Shown piece after piece: positions 14,399-27,038 of a stretch of DNA of 64,000 nucleotides. The notes under the pieces are model-generated. The model saw only the letters and a list, made by a program, of their open reading frames with translations. It searched no databases and had not been told where the DNA came from. The position numbers were made by a program, and so were the translations under genes. The stretch is from positions 1 through 64,000 of the forward strand of contig JAQGDQ010000878.1 in the NCBI GenBank assembly GCA_030141605.1, read 5' to 3'. Position 1 is the stretch's first letter. Each line of letters begins with the position of its first letter. This stretch comes from Tubiluchus corallicola. Taxonomy: Eukaryota; Animalia; Priapulida.

Positions 14399-15100
14399 GT
14401 TTGTACAGGCATACAGTGGTAAACAGGCTTTTGTGCAGAGCGGTCGTGTTTTCGCGTTGCTCTTGCAGCTAGCTGATATAGCGTTACATAGGAGTTAAAT
14501 ATGGCTGGAAAAAAGTTGTATAATGAGCAAAAATACAAAAACACGATTTAGTAAGTTTGAGAGAGAATGGTGTAGTTCAATGTGAACGTTATTATCTATA
14601 AACAGTCAATCATGCAATGGGGAAACATTGGCGAATACTGCAAATGATGAGGAAACATGTTGCAAGACTGTATATCAAGGTCGAAAACATCAAGAAACTA
14701 CGAGCACCGGCAGCATTAGTCCTAGTGCTTTTCAAAGTTTTCTAAATAATATCATTTCCAAGCAGATGAAGCAGTATGGAAAGAACAGGAAAAGAGATAT
14801 AGTGGTGATATAGTGCAGCTAACCCGACAAGACTTTTCTACCATTTTGAAGAATTACAAGAAAATAGAGACCAAAAAAGAACAGTTAAAAGAGACGAATG
14901 CTAATTTAATTCAGACGGTGGAAATGCAGCAAAAGTATCTAGATCATATAGATGCAAAGAAAAGAGCAAAAAATCTCATATTGTATGGTGTACCGGAGGA
15001 GGTAAGCCTCTTAGAATGTGATACGGATGAATTAAAATCTTTCAACACGAAGGTAAAACCAAACAGAAATGGCACAAATTGAATTAGTTATGAATAATGC
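14399..15100 (+). mobile_element. Degenerate LINE 5' end/ORF1 remnant at the 3' edge of EGF array 1
   Basis: Coiled-coil then QQKYLDHIDAKKRAKNLILYGVPEE (RxxNLIxxGVPE motif of LINE ORF1), broken by stops; the array ends abruptly at 14398. Confidence 0.65.
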
Positions 15101-15591
15101 AACTGTATGAAATATAATGCAATATTAATTAAAGAATCTTTGCCGAAATTAAAGGTGCCGCATGAGTATGCAAGCTGATGAAATTAATGGTATATGTAAT
15201 GTTCAAATATGGTAGGTACGTATGTAAATATTTATGAATCTGCAATCTACAGTGCGAGTGGAGGATCTGGTATCCTTCCTAATTGCAGATAGCTTGAGGT
15301 TTATACTACTCCTTAATTGGCAATAATGCGAAAGTCTGCAGAGAAACAAGCGCTTGTTGTTGCAGATGCAATAACTTCTACTGTTAATGCATGCCTGGGC
15401 CAGTGTCCATGACACAAGAAGGTTCAAAAGTCAGCACAGACAAAAATCTACTGCAAAGGAAAGTGGAAAACAAGTGGAAATAAACTACAAACATGACTTG
15501 CAAACAGCAATAAGGAAATCAGCAAACTGTTGACAATTAACTCCGCTTAGTTTCTATTTCTTATAAGATGAAATTTTGTTAAAGTACAAAA

Positions 15592-15788
15592 CGAAGTTCC
15601 TATAACTTATCAGTGATAATTTTGGTACTAGTGTCCAAACTTGGCAAAGCAGACCAACCATTGTGTAATGCAGCTACATGCAATTACGTTGCAAAGGAGG
15701 GATCAAATGACAGCTATTGTGACAAACAATGTTTTGAGGCGGAAGTCTGCTGCAATATGTGTGCGATGCATGCGGAACTTACCCCTAG
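15592..15788 (+). pseudogene. Decayed first exon V2 (signal peptide + SMB-like)
   Basis: YNLSVIILVLVSKL aligns with V5 CNLSLIILVLVVKL but has no in-frame ATG. SYCD has lost one Cys; after CC the homologous VCDACGTYP continues in another frame and hits TAG at 15786-15788. Confidence 0.75.
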
Positions 15789-17536
15789 ACTTTTTTCAAT
15801 GCAGGTGTTCTGCGTATCACGTATGTGTGAGTGCACGTATGCAGGAGAGTGTGCAAATGTATCTTGTGTTTTCTTCTCATTTGAGCAGTTTGAAAAATTT
15901 GTAAAATGACTGCAGGTTAAACCATGACACTGTTCTGCATCAACATGCGAACTTCTACATAAATGCGAAAAATGCTTCTGCTCTTTCTAGTTGACAGGAT
16001 AAAGCCGCCAATAGAGTTGAGTTATTTAACAATAGTGCAATAAGCTTGCAAGTTTGTATTACAAGTTTCTTATGCTTTTCATATCTTTACAAAACTTATA
16101 AAGTACATAAGATAGCATGTATGTTGATATGCCCAATGAGATTGATAGTTTTGGTGGTATATCAGCTTAAGGCAAAGCAAGTATTTTCTGCAAAGGAATA
16201 ATAGAGAGTCAACAAACACCAGTGGGGAATAATTCCTCACATAACATTGGTTCTGCTTTCTTTTAGTTTAGTTATTCGTCAGCAAAGCTTACTTGAAGTT
16301 GAAGATTCGTTACTGTCATGTTTCATTATATATGCAAATAATCTTTATTAAAGGTGCATAATTTGTCCAATCACATAGAAGGTGAAAGCAGTCAAATTCC
16401 TAACTAACAATGATATCTTTTTGTAACCTTGTTAATTTTTCGTTTCTGTGCAATATGACTTACTCTTCTGGGCCAGGTTCCAAAGTGACGATTTAAAAAA
16501 TCTTTGTCATGTGTGATTCAAATGTACGTTTGCATTTTTATAGTCTTTAAAAGCGTTTTAGTGTCAAAATTTCTTCCGTGGGAACCTTTCATTTTCACAC
16601 ACATTTTCGTCTGTGCAGACATCTGTGTATATCTTTTCCACTATTCTTTCTTACAGTTGCCATTTTTACACGCGCCTTTTTTGCATCCACGATGCATCCA
16701 CATGGAACTGTTTGTGAAAATGTCAGGTAACATCAGTAGGGTATGCTTGACTGCAAACCCTTTTATCTGCAGATTTTACTAACAAGTAAGCGAGAATTAG
16801 CATAAATTATCACAATTTAACAGCAGCTGGCATCTAGGTGAAAATAACAATTATAATATCACAACTAAACCCAGTGGAGGCCCGTAGTTAGGGTGCTGCT
16901 TCAAAAAAATTCTTGACCAACGTACTGTGTAAAACTAAACAATCATATGTAAATTTGCCGCAGTTCAAGAATATGCCAGTACATGGTTTTTAAGCATGTG
17001 GCAACTGACAACAAACTGTGCAAGCGACAGTACTTTCTCTATATAGCAGCAGATGCTAGCAGTGCAGCGTACAGTGTTTTATCTCAGAAATGTGCACATG
17101 GCCATAAACACACCACTGTGCTGGGCTGTGAAACAAACAGTACTACCCTCACGTGCTCTAGTATAAAGTAAAAAGACTTATTATAATGAATATTATCGAT
17201 AATATTGAGTGAAAACAGGGGGTGCTGCAGTTGCACAGTACCTATACAGCCATTAATAGTGACAGGCACCACGTAATTTTGTCAACTGCAACAGCAGCAA
17301 ACCCGGTAATACAATAATTGCAGCAAAGAGACTATTACCATCATAATTAACTGACCATCTTCGAGCCTTTTAGTCTCTTAGTAACCACCTACTGAAAAGC
17401 TGGCAGCTTTATATTGGTGCAGTAGTTGTTATGTGAATGCATGTTAAGTTGATTATGCCGGTATCTATGCTCCTTGGAAAACACGAGTAACGTAAAAAGT
17501 GATAGTTTGGCATGAGAAGTAGAAACGAACCATCAA

Positions 17537-17902
17537 TAGGGGTGAGCATTCTCTACCAGAAAGCAAATTCGAATCGAACCGAATTTGTGACTTTCGAATT
17601 CGAATTGAGATCGAAAGATTTTCGAACAAGTTTTCGAACCACCAGCAAACATTTGCCTTACAAAGATCATGCATATCAGTAGATTTTGTTCTGCTATAAA
17701 ACGACTAGTAATTTCTTTAAAATGGTGTGCAGAAATCACAGCTAAATTGTACTAATTTCATGATGTTTCAATCGTTTTAGTGATAAAGAGCATATGTGAT
17801 TGAAGTGCTGAATTATTCGAATCTATAGTTTTGGATTCGAATCGAGTTCGAACTAAAAAAAACTCGTTCGAATTCGATTCGAACATTCGATGCTCACCCC
17901 TA
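17537..17902. mobile_element. hAT-type MITE
   Basis: TIR TAGGGGTGAGCAT / ATGCTCACCCCTA; 8-bp TSD ACCATCAA on both sides; many internal TTCGAA palindromes. Confidence 0.9.
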
Positions 17903-18054
17903 ACCATCAATGCATTCATTCTTACAGAAGCTTTCCAGTTTTGGTGGACAAGTAAATATAAGTCAACGATGTGCTGCTTGAGTGTTTTTATTACTATATA
18001 TTTATAGCTTTACATAAAATTTAATGTGTAACATACAAATTAAGATACTTCACA

Positions 18055-18262
18055 ATGAACATATATGAACTGTCAGTGGCAACAATCTTACTGGTATGCA
18101 GATTTAGTAAAGTGGATTTGTTGTGCAATGAAACTACGTGCAATGATTTCGTGGAGGACTTTAGTTGTTATTGTGATGCATTATGCTTTACAAAAGATGA
18201 CTGCTGCACTAACGTGTGTGATGCATGTGACAGCTATTTTCCAGATCAGTGCAATGGAACTG
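18055..18262 (+). CDS. First coding exon V3: signal peptide + SMB-like domain
   Basis: MNIYELSVATILLVCRFS..LLCNETTC..CYCDALCFTKDDCCTNVCDACDSYFPDQC; in-frame stop upstream; phase-1 donor G|GTATGT. Confidence 0.8.
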
Positions 18263-18909
18263 GTATGTTTTACATACTATGTAGCCTATGTCTCTTCCTT
18301 AACTCGCTATACTAACTCTGAAAATACGTTTGTAAAATTCTTCTAAGCTCGTCTAGTTTATGACAGTTGTGGTATGTGTGTTCAAACTTCATAAACATGT
18401 TAAACTAAGAGAATTTGACTAATTCTGTTTTTCCAATTATTCATATATAGATAATAGTAAAGAATTATTGTTAAACAGTACACAAAGAGATTTAATGTTT
18501 ACAGATTACAAAAAGGCAAATCACCTTTATATTTGTTATCACGCTGCTTGCCATATGTCATAGTCCAATGATACACTGTCCAAAAAGGATGCAATTACCC
18601 TACTTTGTGACTTCAACGCGAGGGTCACAAAGGATGTTGAAATCAGCAGAATAGATAACGGCAGAAATGGTGTAAGCAAAGAATCAAAATAGCTTCGGGA
18701 AATGCACTTTCCTAGTACAATCTTTAGACAAGAAAAGAAATAAACGACACGACAGCACTCTCATTCAAAACACTGGCACCTACGACTTTATGTTATTGTT
18801 AGAACTTGGGATATTCAGAATGTCTGCATTGCTAAAGCTAAGAGTGGAACCAATGACTGGTGGACAGACGTTTTGAGATCTGCAATGTGCTTGAGACTTT
18901 CATCTAAAT

Positions 18910-19447
18910 CCCAGGTTCCCAACCTTTTGGACTACACATGCCCTTCAATTTTTTTACATTATCTCCTGGTACCCCTTCGTCTGCCATAAGCAAAACGAAG
19001 AACAAACAGTGATGTAGTGTCATGAATATTTTTATTATATACATTATACGTATTGCCTCAATTAAGCTCACTAAATGAAAGTGAGGTTGCTGGTGTTGCA
19101 TAGCAGAAACTAACTTTTTGAATCAGTTCAGTTTGGTTCAGTTTTAGACAGACTGACACTCATGTCTCTGCTGATGTCAAGGTGGCTTCGGGGTTTTGTC
19201 TTTATTGCCACCATCATTGAAAAGCCTGCTTTGCACAGGAAAAAGTTCGATGAAAGCTTTACAGTAGACAAGGGTTAAGACCTCGACCAAAAACTAATGA
19301 CTGTTGGCAGAGTCGACAGAGATGAATGACCCGCTGATTATTATAAAACAATATTTTTTTAAAAGTGTCTAAGAGCTTCCCAGGTACCCCTTGTTATGTT
19401 CGCTGGTACCCTCAAGGAGTACTAGTACCACAGGTTGAGAACCGATG
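18910..19447. mobile_element. hAT (Charlie-like) MITE
   Basis: Imperfect TIR CCCAGGTTCCCAACC / GGTTGAGAACCGATG; 8-bp TSD ATCTAAAT. Confidence 0.8.
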
Positions 19448-19606
19448 ATCTAAATGAAGACTTAGAGCTAAAAAATTCCAAGAAAGTGAAATGTAAATTT
19501 TCTTCCGGATTCTGGAAATCAAAAATCTCTAACAAACGATTTCAGATAACCTATCTAGTCTTCCTAGAAACGATCCAAATAACATCCATACAACATGACT
19601 AATTAC

Positions 19607-21392
19607 CTTTTAAAGGTGCTGTTTACAATGATTGTGTAATTTCACTAGGTCTTGTATCAAAACACACCCTGATTGATTTAGCGGCAATGAGGGTGTTATT
19701 AAATGACTGATCTTTTAAAGGTGCTGTTTACAACGATTGTGTAATTTCACTTGGTCTTGTATCAAGACACACCCTGATTGATTTAACGGCAATGAGGGTG
19801 TTATTAAATGACTGATCTTTTAAAGGTGCTGTTTGCAATGATTGTGTAATTTCACTTGGTCTTGTATCAAGACACACCCTGATTGATTTAGCGGCAATGA
19901 GGGTGTTATTAAATGACTGAGCTTTTAAAGGTGCTGTTTACAATGATTGTGTGATTTCACTTGGTCTTGTATCAAGACACAGCCTGATTGATTTAACGGC
20001 AATGAGGGTGTTATTAAATGACTGAGCTTTTAAAGGTGCTGTTTACAATGATTGTGTAATTTCACTTGGTCTTGTATCAAAACACACCCTGATTGATTTA
20101 ACAGCAATGAGGGTGTTATTAAATGACTGACCTTTTAAAGGTGCTGTTTACAATGATTGTGTGATTTCACTTGGTCTTGTATCAAAACACACCCTGATTG
20201 ATTTAATGACAATGAGGGTGTTATTAAATGACTGACCTTTTAAAGGTGCTGTTTACAATGATTGTGTGATTTCACTTGGTCTTGTATCAAAACACACCCT
20301 GATTGATTTAACGACAATGAGGGTGTTATTAAATGACTGACCTTTTAAAGGTGCTGTTTACAATGATTGTGTAATTTCACTTGGTCTTGTATCAAGACAC
20401 ACCCTGATTGATTTAGCGGCAATGAGGGTGTTATTAAATGACTGAGCTTTTAAAGGTGCTGTTTACAATGATTGTGTAATTTCACTAGGTCTTGTATCAA
20501 AACGCACCCTGATTGATTTAGCGGCAATGAGGGTGTTATTAAATGACTGAGCTTTTAAAGGTGCTGTTTACAATGATTGTGTAATTTCACTAGGTCTTGT
20601 ATCAAAACGCACCCTGATTGATTTAATGACAATGGGGGTGTTATTAAATGACTGAGCTTTTAAAGGTGCTGTTTACAATGATTGTGTGATTTCACTTGGT
20701 CTTGTATCAAGACACACCCTGATTGATTTAACGGCAATGAGGGTGTTATTAAATGACTGAGCTTTTAAAGGTGCTGTTTACAATGATTGTGTAATTTCAC
20801 TTGGTCTTGTATCAAAACGCACCCTGATTGATTTAACGGCAATGAGGGTGTTATTAAATGACTGAGCTTTTAAAGGTGCTGTTTACAATGATTGTGTAAT
20901 TTCACTTGGTCTTGTATCAAAACACACCCTGATTGATTTAACGGCAATGAGGGTGTTATTAAATGACTGATCTTTTAAAGGTGCTGTTTACAATGATTGT
21001 GTAATTTCACTTGGTCTTGTATCAAAACACACCCTGATTGATTTAACGGCAATGAGGGTGTTATTAAATGACTGATCTTTTAAAGGTGCTGTTTACAATG
21101 ATTGTGTAATTTCACTTGGTCTTGTATCAAGACACACCCTGATTGATTTAACGGCAATGAGGGTGTTATTAAATGACTGAGCTTTTAAAGGTGCTGTTTA
21201 CAATGATTGTGTAATTTCACTAGGTCTTGTATCAAAACACACCCTGATTGATTTAACAGCAATGAGGGTGTTATTAAATGACTGACCTTTTAAAGGTGCT
21301 GTTTACAATGATTGTGTAATTTCACTAGGTCTTGTATCAAAACACACCCTGATTGATTTAATGACAATGGGGGTGTTATTAAATGACTGATC
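19607..21392. repeat. 105-bp tandem satellite, 17 copies
   Basis: TAAAGGTGCT recurs every 105 bp (ending at 19620 through 21300). Confidence 0.97.
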
Positions 21393-21629
21393 GGTTAAGG
21401 AAAAAGAGAAGCAAGTGAAGCAAGTATATGATCACAATCACGACATGCAACTTACCAGATTTACTGCACAAACATAAATGGTGTTACTTCTCTTAGTGGA
21501 ACTGTGGATCTAAGAGGAAATTTGACAATCTCAAGTTGGCAATTTGGCGACAGTAGTGACCTCCTTAGTTGACAGACAGACATCTCTGCAGATGCTATCC
21601 TTAAACTGCTTACCAAAGATAAGTTATAC

Positions 21630-22105
21630 ATGGATATCTCTGTATTGGAAGAGAAGCAAACCATTAAATAACAAGGCACCTGAGGCTGATGGTATTTCAG
21701 CAGTAGTCTTTAAACATTGAGGACCAGTCTTAGTCTACAAACTGTTAATGATTCTGGATTCCTGGTCAAAATCTGGAAAAATGCCACAGTCATAACAAAT
21801 TTCAAAAAAAGGATTAACTTTGGGAACTAATGCAGAATTTCTGTATTATAAATTATATAATAGATAATAAATATTAAATAATAATGATTAATAAATATTA
21901 TATGCTGTAAAGATTCTTGCTAAGACATCACTGCACAAACTTCCCAGGCAGAAATAAAACAACCAGCAGGAGTGTAGGACCAGAAAGAAGTACCAGAGAT
22001 ACGATTTCAATTGACAGATCCAAGAAAAATGCTACACTTAGCCTTCATAGTTTTCTGATTCAGTAGAAAAGGGAACCACATTGGATAATCATGGAGAAGG
22101 TGGAA
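21630..22105 (+). mobile_element. Highly degraded RTE-like reverse transcriptase fragment
   Basis: Broken-frame motifs KAPEADGISAVVFK, WKNATVITNFKKG, KILAK, QIQEKC follow the order of the RTE-clade RT N-terminal region. Confidence 0.6.
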
Positions 22106-22107
22106 TT

Positions 22108-22610
22108 TATAACAATCGTAAACTCCTTCATCACAACATGGAAACTACCATAGCATATTCCAGATTAAGCAATCTAAAACAAATTAGGACAAATACCCAC
22201 TACGGAACGAACTCTGTAATCAAGCAAGCAATTCTACTTTGGAATTCTCTACCATTACAGATTAAACAAATCAAGTCCCTATCAGCATTTAAAACAAAAT
22301 TAAAATCACTAATATCAACCAGATATGAAATACCATCACACCAGTATGACAACATACACACTCATTCAGAATTCATATATCCACGGCCATATTAATTAGA
22401 TCATAATTTTTTCATTTTTTGTGCATAGTTGTAAATATGTTTGATTTTATTCGTCATTACTTTCCTTTACTGCACAGTAGTTTAGATTGCACAGACGCAT
22501 TTGCCTTTAGCAGTGTAAGTTTTTATTAACTAACACTGATTGATCATCTCTATAAAGTTTTATCAGTGATTAGCAATGTATTTTAATGGCAAATAGAGAT
22601 TATTATATAT
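22108..22610 (+). mobile_element. 3' end of a CR1/L2-like LINE (ORF2 C-terminus + 3' UTR)
   Basis: GTNSVIKQAILLWNSLPLQIKQIKSLSAFKTKLK is the typical ORF2 tail; ends at an (AT)n tract; second copy inverted at ~38052-38336. Confidence 0.75.
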
Positions 22611-23280
22611 ATATATATATATTTATATATACCTGACTGCTGCAATTGCATTTTTACCCAAACAAAGTGTCAGTAAATGCTTTTACCTAAAGATATTGCT
22701 AACATGGAGAAAGTGCATTAGCATTTACAGAACATTTCAATAGCAAATGTCATCTAGGTGAAAGACCCAGTTATAACATGACGAACATATATAATGATAT
22801 ATTGTTTAATAACGATGCACAATACATTATTGTCAGTTAATGGTAGCATATTGACAATTTTGTCAATTGTAACTGCAGTAAGAACTGCGATAAACTGACT
22901 ACATTATCGTCACGTTCAATAGGCAACGTTATAAACCTTTCAGTCTCTTAGTAACTGCCTGCTAATATTAATAACTTTAATTCTACTCTAGATGACGACT
23001 GATGATAATTTGCAAAGTATCCTTGTATGCATATATACATAAAGAGCAGCATTTGTTACTTCAATGAATGAGTATTCATTATTGACCATACGGCATCTCT
23101 GTTCACTGCAAGACTTAATGCAGAAGCAAACTGGAATTCATGAAGATGAACTACCATTTCTGTTTCGTCAACAAATATCAGTCGAGAGTGTGCGTGGCAG
23201 TGTATTGTTTCTGTTGCTAAACCTAAAGACGACCCTCTTTTAAAAGTCAATGTGCAAGATAAAGACTTAGTTAAACCAAA

Positions 23281-23485
23281 ATGAACATTTATGCTCTGCA
23301 ATTGATGACAATTGTATTAGCGTGCAGATTTAGTGTATATTTGCTGTGCGACGGAACTACCTGCCACGAATATGATTATATAAGGGCATGTTATTGTGAT
23401 GCTGCTTGTTTTACCAACGGTGATTGCTGCACTAATGTGTGTGATGAATGTGGCGTTTATTTCCCAACTCAGTGCACAGGAACTG
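23281..23485 (+). CDS. First coding exon V4: signal peptide + SMB-like domain
   Basis: MNIYALQLMTIVLACRFS..LLCDGTTC..CYCDAACFTNGDCCTNVCDECGVYFPTQC; in-frame stop just upstream; phase-1 donor G|GTACGT. Confidence 0.8.
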
Positions 23486-24138
23486 GTACGTTTTGCCTGT
23501 AATTCAGAAAACAGGTTTCTACATGTTCATAAACTTGACTGGTTTACAACAGCTGTGCTATGCACCCGCATTTCACAAATGAATGAAATGAAAAGAATTT
23601 GACCAATTCTGTTTTTATAGCTATTTTATATAAACAACAAGAAAGAACTGTGAAACAAAGGATAACGAAGTAAATTGTTTCTTTAAAAAAACATTTTTAT
23701 TTTTCTCACGGTACTGCTCACCAACTGTCATGGAAAACACAATCAAATTTAATCAGTTAAGCCTATGATACACCAAAGCATCCAGGGTCAAGCATTCAAT
23801 GGGTAATAAGTTAAAACCAAAGCATCTGGCATCCAGTTCTATGTTCTTCATAGAAAAACAAAATCAATGATATCAATGGTTTCTTCGTAACTTATTTATT
23901 CGCAGGCCCAGTCATGATTGGCAGGTTGAAAAACAGACAACAGCCACCAGATACTAAAAAAATAGGAAGAGCTTCCAACGTCTGACTTCTCTGCTGTAGA
24001 AATCTTTGATTTCGTCATCCGCTCATCATCCATCATCAAACGTCAGATGCTGGACACTTTGTTATATTACGGGCTGAGTACTTGCAAAACTGATAAATCT
24101 GATGACAAATTTAATGATTGTTTTATATGCTTCTATAG

Positions 24139-24261
24139 ATGTGGACGAGTGTCAGCTTGGTACAGATGATTGTCACGCAGACGCAAACTGCATAAATAAT
24201 GACGGCAGCTTTACATGCGCTTGTAAACTTGGCTATTTTGGAAACGGCGTGGTCTGTACAG
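24139..24261 (+). CDS. Single divergent EGF_CA exon (phase 1-1)
   Basis: AG|[42 protein letters not shown]|GTAAG. Confidence 0.88.
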
Positions 24262-24821
24262 GTAAGCTAATATATGCAAGCACATAGCTTTAGGATTAGC
24301 ATCCATACTGTACAAGATAATTTCATTAATAAAAGTTAATTGTTAAGAATAGCCAACTATTTATCCCACCACTGTGGAAACAATAACGTCACATCTTGCC
24401 TATGCATTGTGATACATGGTGGTAGGTTAGAAAATAGTTGCATTTTGAGGATACTTCTGTTGTGCTTTGAAGGAAAACTGGGTCCAATCTTAAACTATAG
24501 GTCAAAACAATCTACTCTAAAAATATACTGAAAAGGAACATACTGTTTTTTCAAGAATGACTTACATGAAACAATTATTACCACACAATTTTGCATTCGT
24601 GCGGCTAGTTCTTTAATGTTACATCCATGTCACCACTTGCTAGTTAGACGGGCACTAGCACCTACACCTCAGAAACACACTGTACAAAAAACAGGTGCTG
24701 TACCTCTCAGTTCATAGGTGTTTGGTTATGACCTAGACCGAGTGCTCTAAACAAGTAATTACTTCTTGAGTACCCCACGGGTCATTTGCGGCTTGGCATC
24801 TTGTGTACATAATAATAAATA

Positions 24822-25314
24822 CAGTGGACTCTCGTTACAAGAATCACACGTATAAGAATCAGCTCGATATAAGAATCAAAATCGCGTTTCCCGAATTGAA
24901 TCAGCATTTTCCTAGTGAAAATCCGCCCGTATAAGAATCACCCTTCTTTCGATAGTAGAATCAATTTTGGCGCCAACTCCATTGTCTCTCACGCCCTGCT
25001 TACAAGGTTCTGCGCAGTTGGCGTGGCGGAAAAAAATTATGTGCATTAAAAAAATTTTAAGGCAATTCTGGCATCATGAAATATTTACCCAACCATGAAA
25101 TGAAAACATTAGTCTAGTAATTTTTAGGTCCTTTTTAGGCCAGAAAAACATTATGCTGTTTCATGTCGTTTCTAGCGTAATTTCGGGAAATAAATAATTT
25201 TTATGTGCATAAAAATTTTTAAAGCAATTCTGTGTCATGCTCGTTATAAGAATCGCTTGTTATAAGAATCACTTTGCCTTCTCCCGAGGTGATTCTTATA
25301 ACGAGAGTCCACTG
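24822..25314. mobile_element. Tc1/mariner-pogo (Tigger-like) MITE
   Basis: TIR CAGTGGACTCTCGTTA.AAGAATCAC / GTGATTCTTATAACGAGAGTCCACTG with TA TSDs; subterminal TAAGAATC repeats. Confidence 0.9.
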
Positions 25315-26604
25315 TATGTTATTAAATACTTTTATGTACAATGCTGTAATGATCGTTGTGGATATATTTAATAAATAAATAATAAAACAATAATAAAAAA
25401 AAAATAGTGCACGCATTCGAGAGCTCATGCAAAAGCACAGGGACAAACTTGAAATTTAAATTTTAAACTCAAATTCGTCGAACTTTCGTGAATCACACTG
25501 AATCTTGTATAGTACCACTGTACTTCAATTTTCGCTTTCGAAAACGTGTAACACGCCCACAGAAAATTTGTGCTGTTGAAAGTTGTTGAGTTGTAACGCC
25601 ATCAATAGCTGAGCTCACTTGTCATTTTTACTCTATTATTTAATTATCAGAAATGCTTTGGCAATATTACAGATAATAAAATGTATATTTTTTATCGGAC
25701 TTTACAATCGGGGAGCATATGAAAAATCATCCCGTTTTCCTTTAAGTTGTCTCATTCACACACTATAAGTTTTGCAATTACATCAACAGACTTTTGTATT
25801 TTCAGACACATTTTCCTTTGTATTTCAAGTCAAGGTAACGAAATTAATTTTTGATGTAACCTGTTTCAGTTAACAGTAAGTTGATATGTGCATTGATTGT
25901 GAAACAGCTGCTATAACATCAGCTTTTCCTTTGTAATACAATTAACAATTCCAAGGAGCCAAAGTTCAACACAAACAATAGGTAGCCATGTAGCCAATAG
26001 GTAGCCATGTACCCAAAATGCAATGCAATTTTAATTACACTAACAATAGCAAAATTAATTATTGAGAAGTAGCAAGAATGACATAAGCTACCCATAATGC
26101 AATGCGAATTCGTGAAATATTTGCGAAATTAACCACAGGGTATAAATGATGTAAATGCAGTAATAGCTAACACAATATGAACACGCAAAACCTTTCAGTT
26201 GCCTATAGTGTCAGCATAGCAAGACCATCTCAAACAAATAATGACATTAAAATATGTATTAAGCGGTAACTGGAAATAACTAGTGTAAATTAGTTGCCGG
26301 TAATTCGGTGCTTTTCTGCAGCACGGAAGAAACTGGTGTGCAAAAGTTGTTATCGCAAACACATTGTGTTGGTTGCAGATAATCACGTAGTGCAACACGT
26401 TTGCTTTAATAAGTGAAAAATATCTTTGACTATTGTATGAGTTAAGTATTGAATGGAGACAGTGAACACAGGACAAACTTGCGCAGGAACAATCAGAATT
26501 TTTCTTCATTCGCAAAATACTTGTACTAAAATAGCAACAGTCTAAATTCCACATCTATGCTTCAGCATTAGTTGTCCACACTTGAAAATCTGGAATAACT
26601 GAGG

Positions 26605-26851
26605 ATGAGCGTGTGTAATTTGTCTCTGATAATTTTGGTACTGGTTGTTAAACTCGATGCCTCAGAACTGTTGTGCGAGGAAACGACATGTCTTGGTCCA
26701 GCAAACACTACTGCTAATGAACATTACGAAACTACGTGTTATTGCGATGAAGCGTGTTTTAGCTTAGGCGACTGCTGCAGCAATATATGTGATGCATGTG
26801 GCATTTACTTTCCAGCCAATTGCACTGTACTAGACAATAGCACAGGCACTG
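26605..26851 (+). CDS. First coding exon V5: signal peptide + SMB-like domain
   Basis: MSVCNLSLIILVLVVKLDASELLC...CYCDEACFSLGDCCSNICDACGIYFPANC; upstream in-frame TAA; phase-1 donor G|GTAGGT. Confidence 0.82.
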
Positions 26852-27038
26852 GTAGGTACTGTTTTTATTCACATCCCCAGGGCAAAGGCAAAAAAATGCA
26901 GTAAACACAAAAGACAAAAATGAAAGACAAACATATTTGTAAGAAAAACAATAGACAAAACAGACAGCCGTAATCTTGAAATACTTCCAGTAATTTACAA
27001 TGACAAAATAAATAATAATTATTTCTCTGTTTTGGCAG

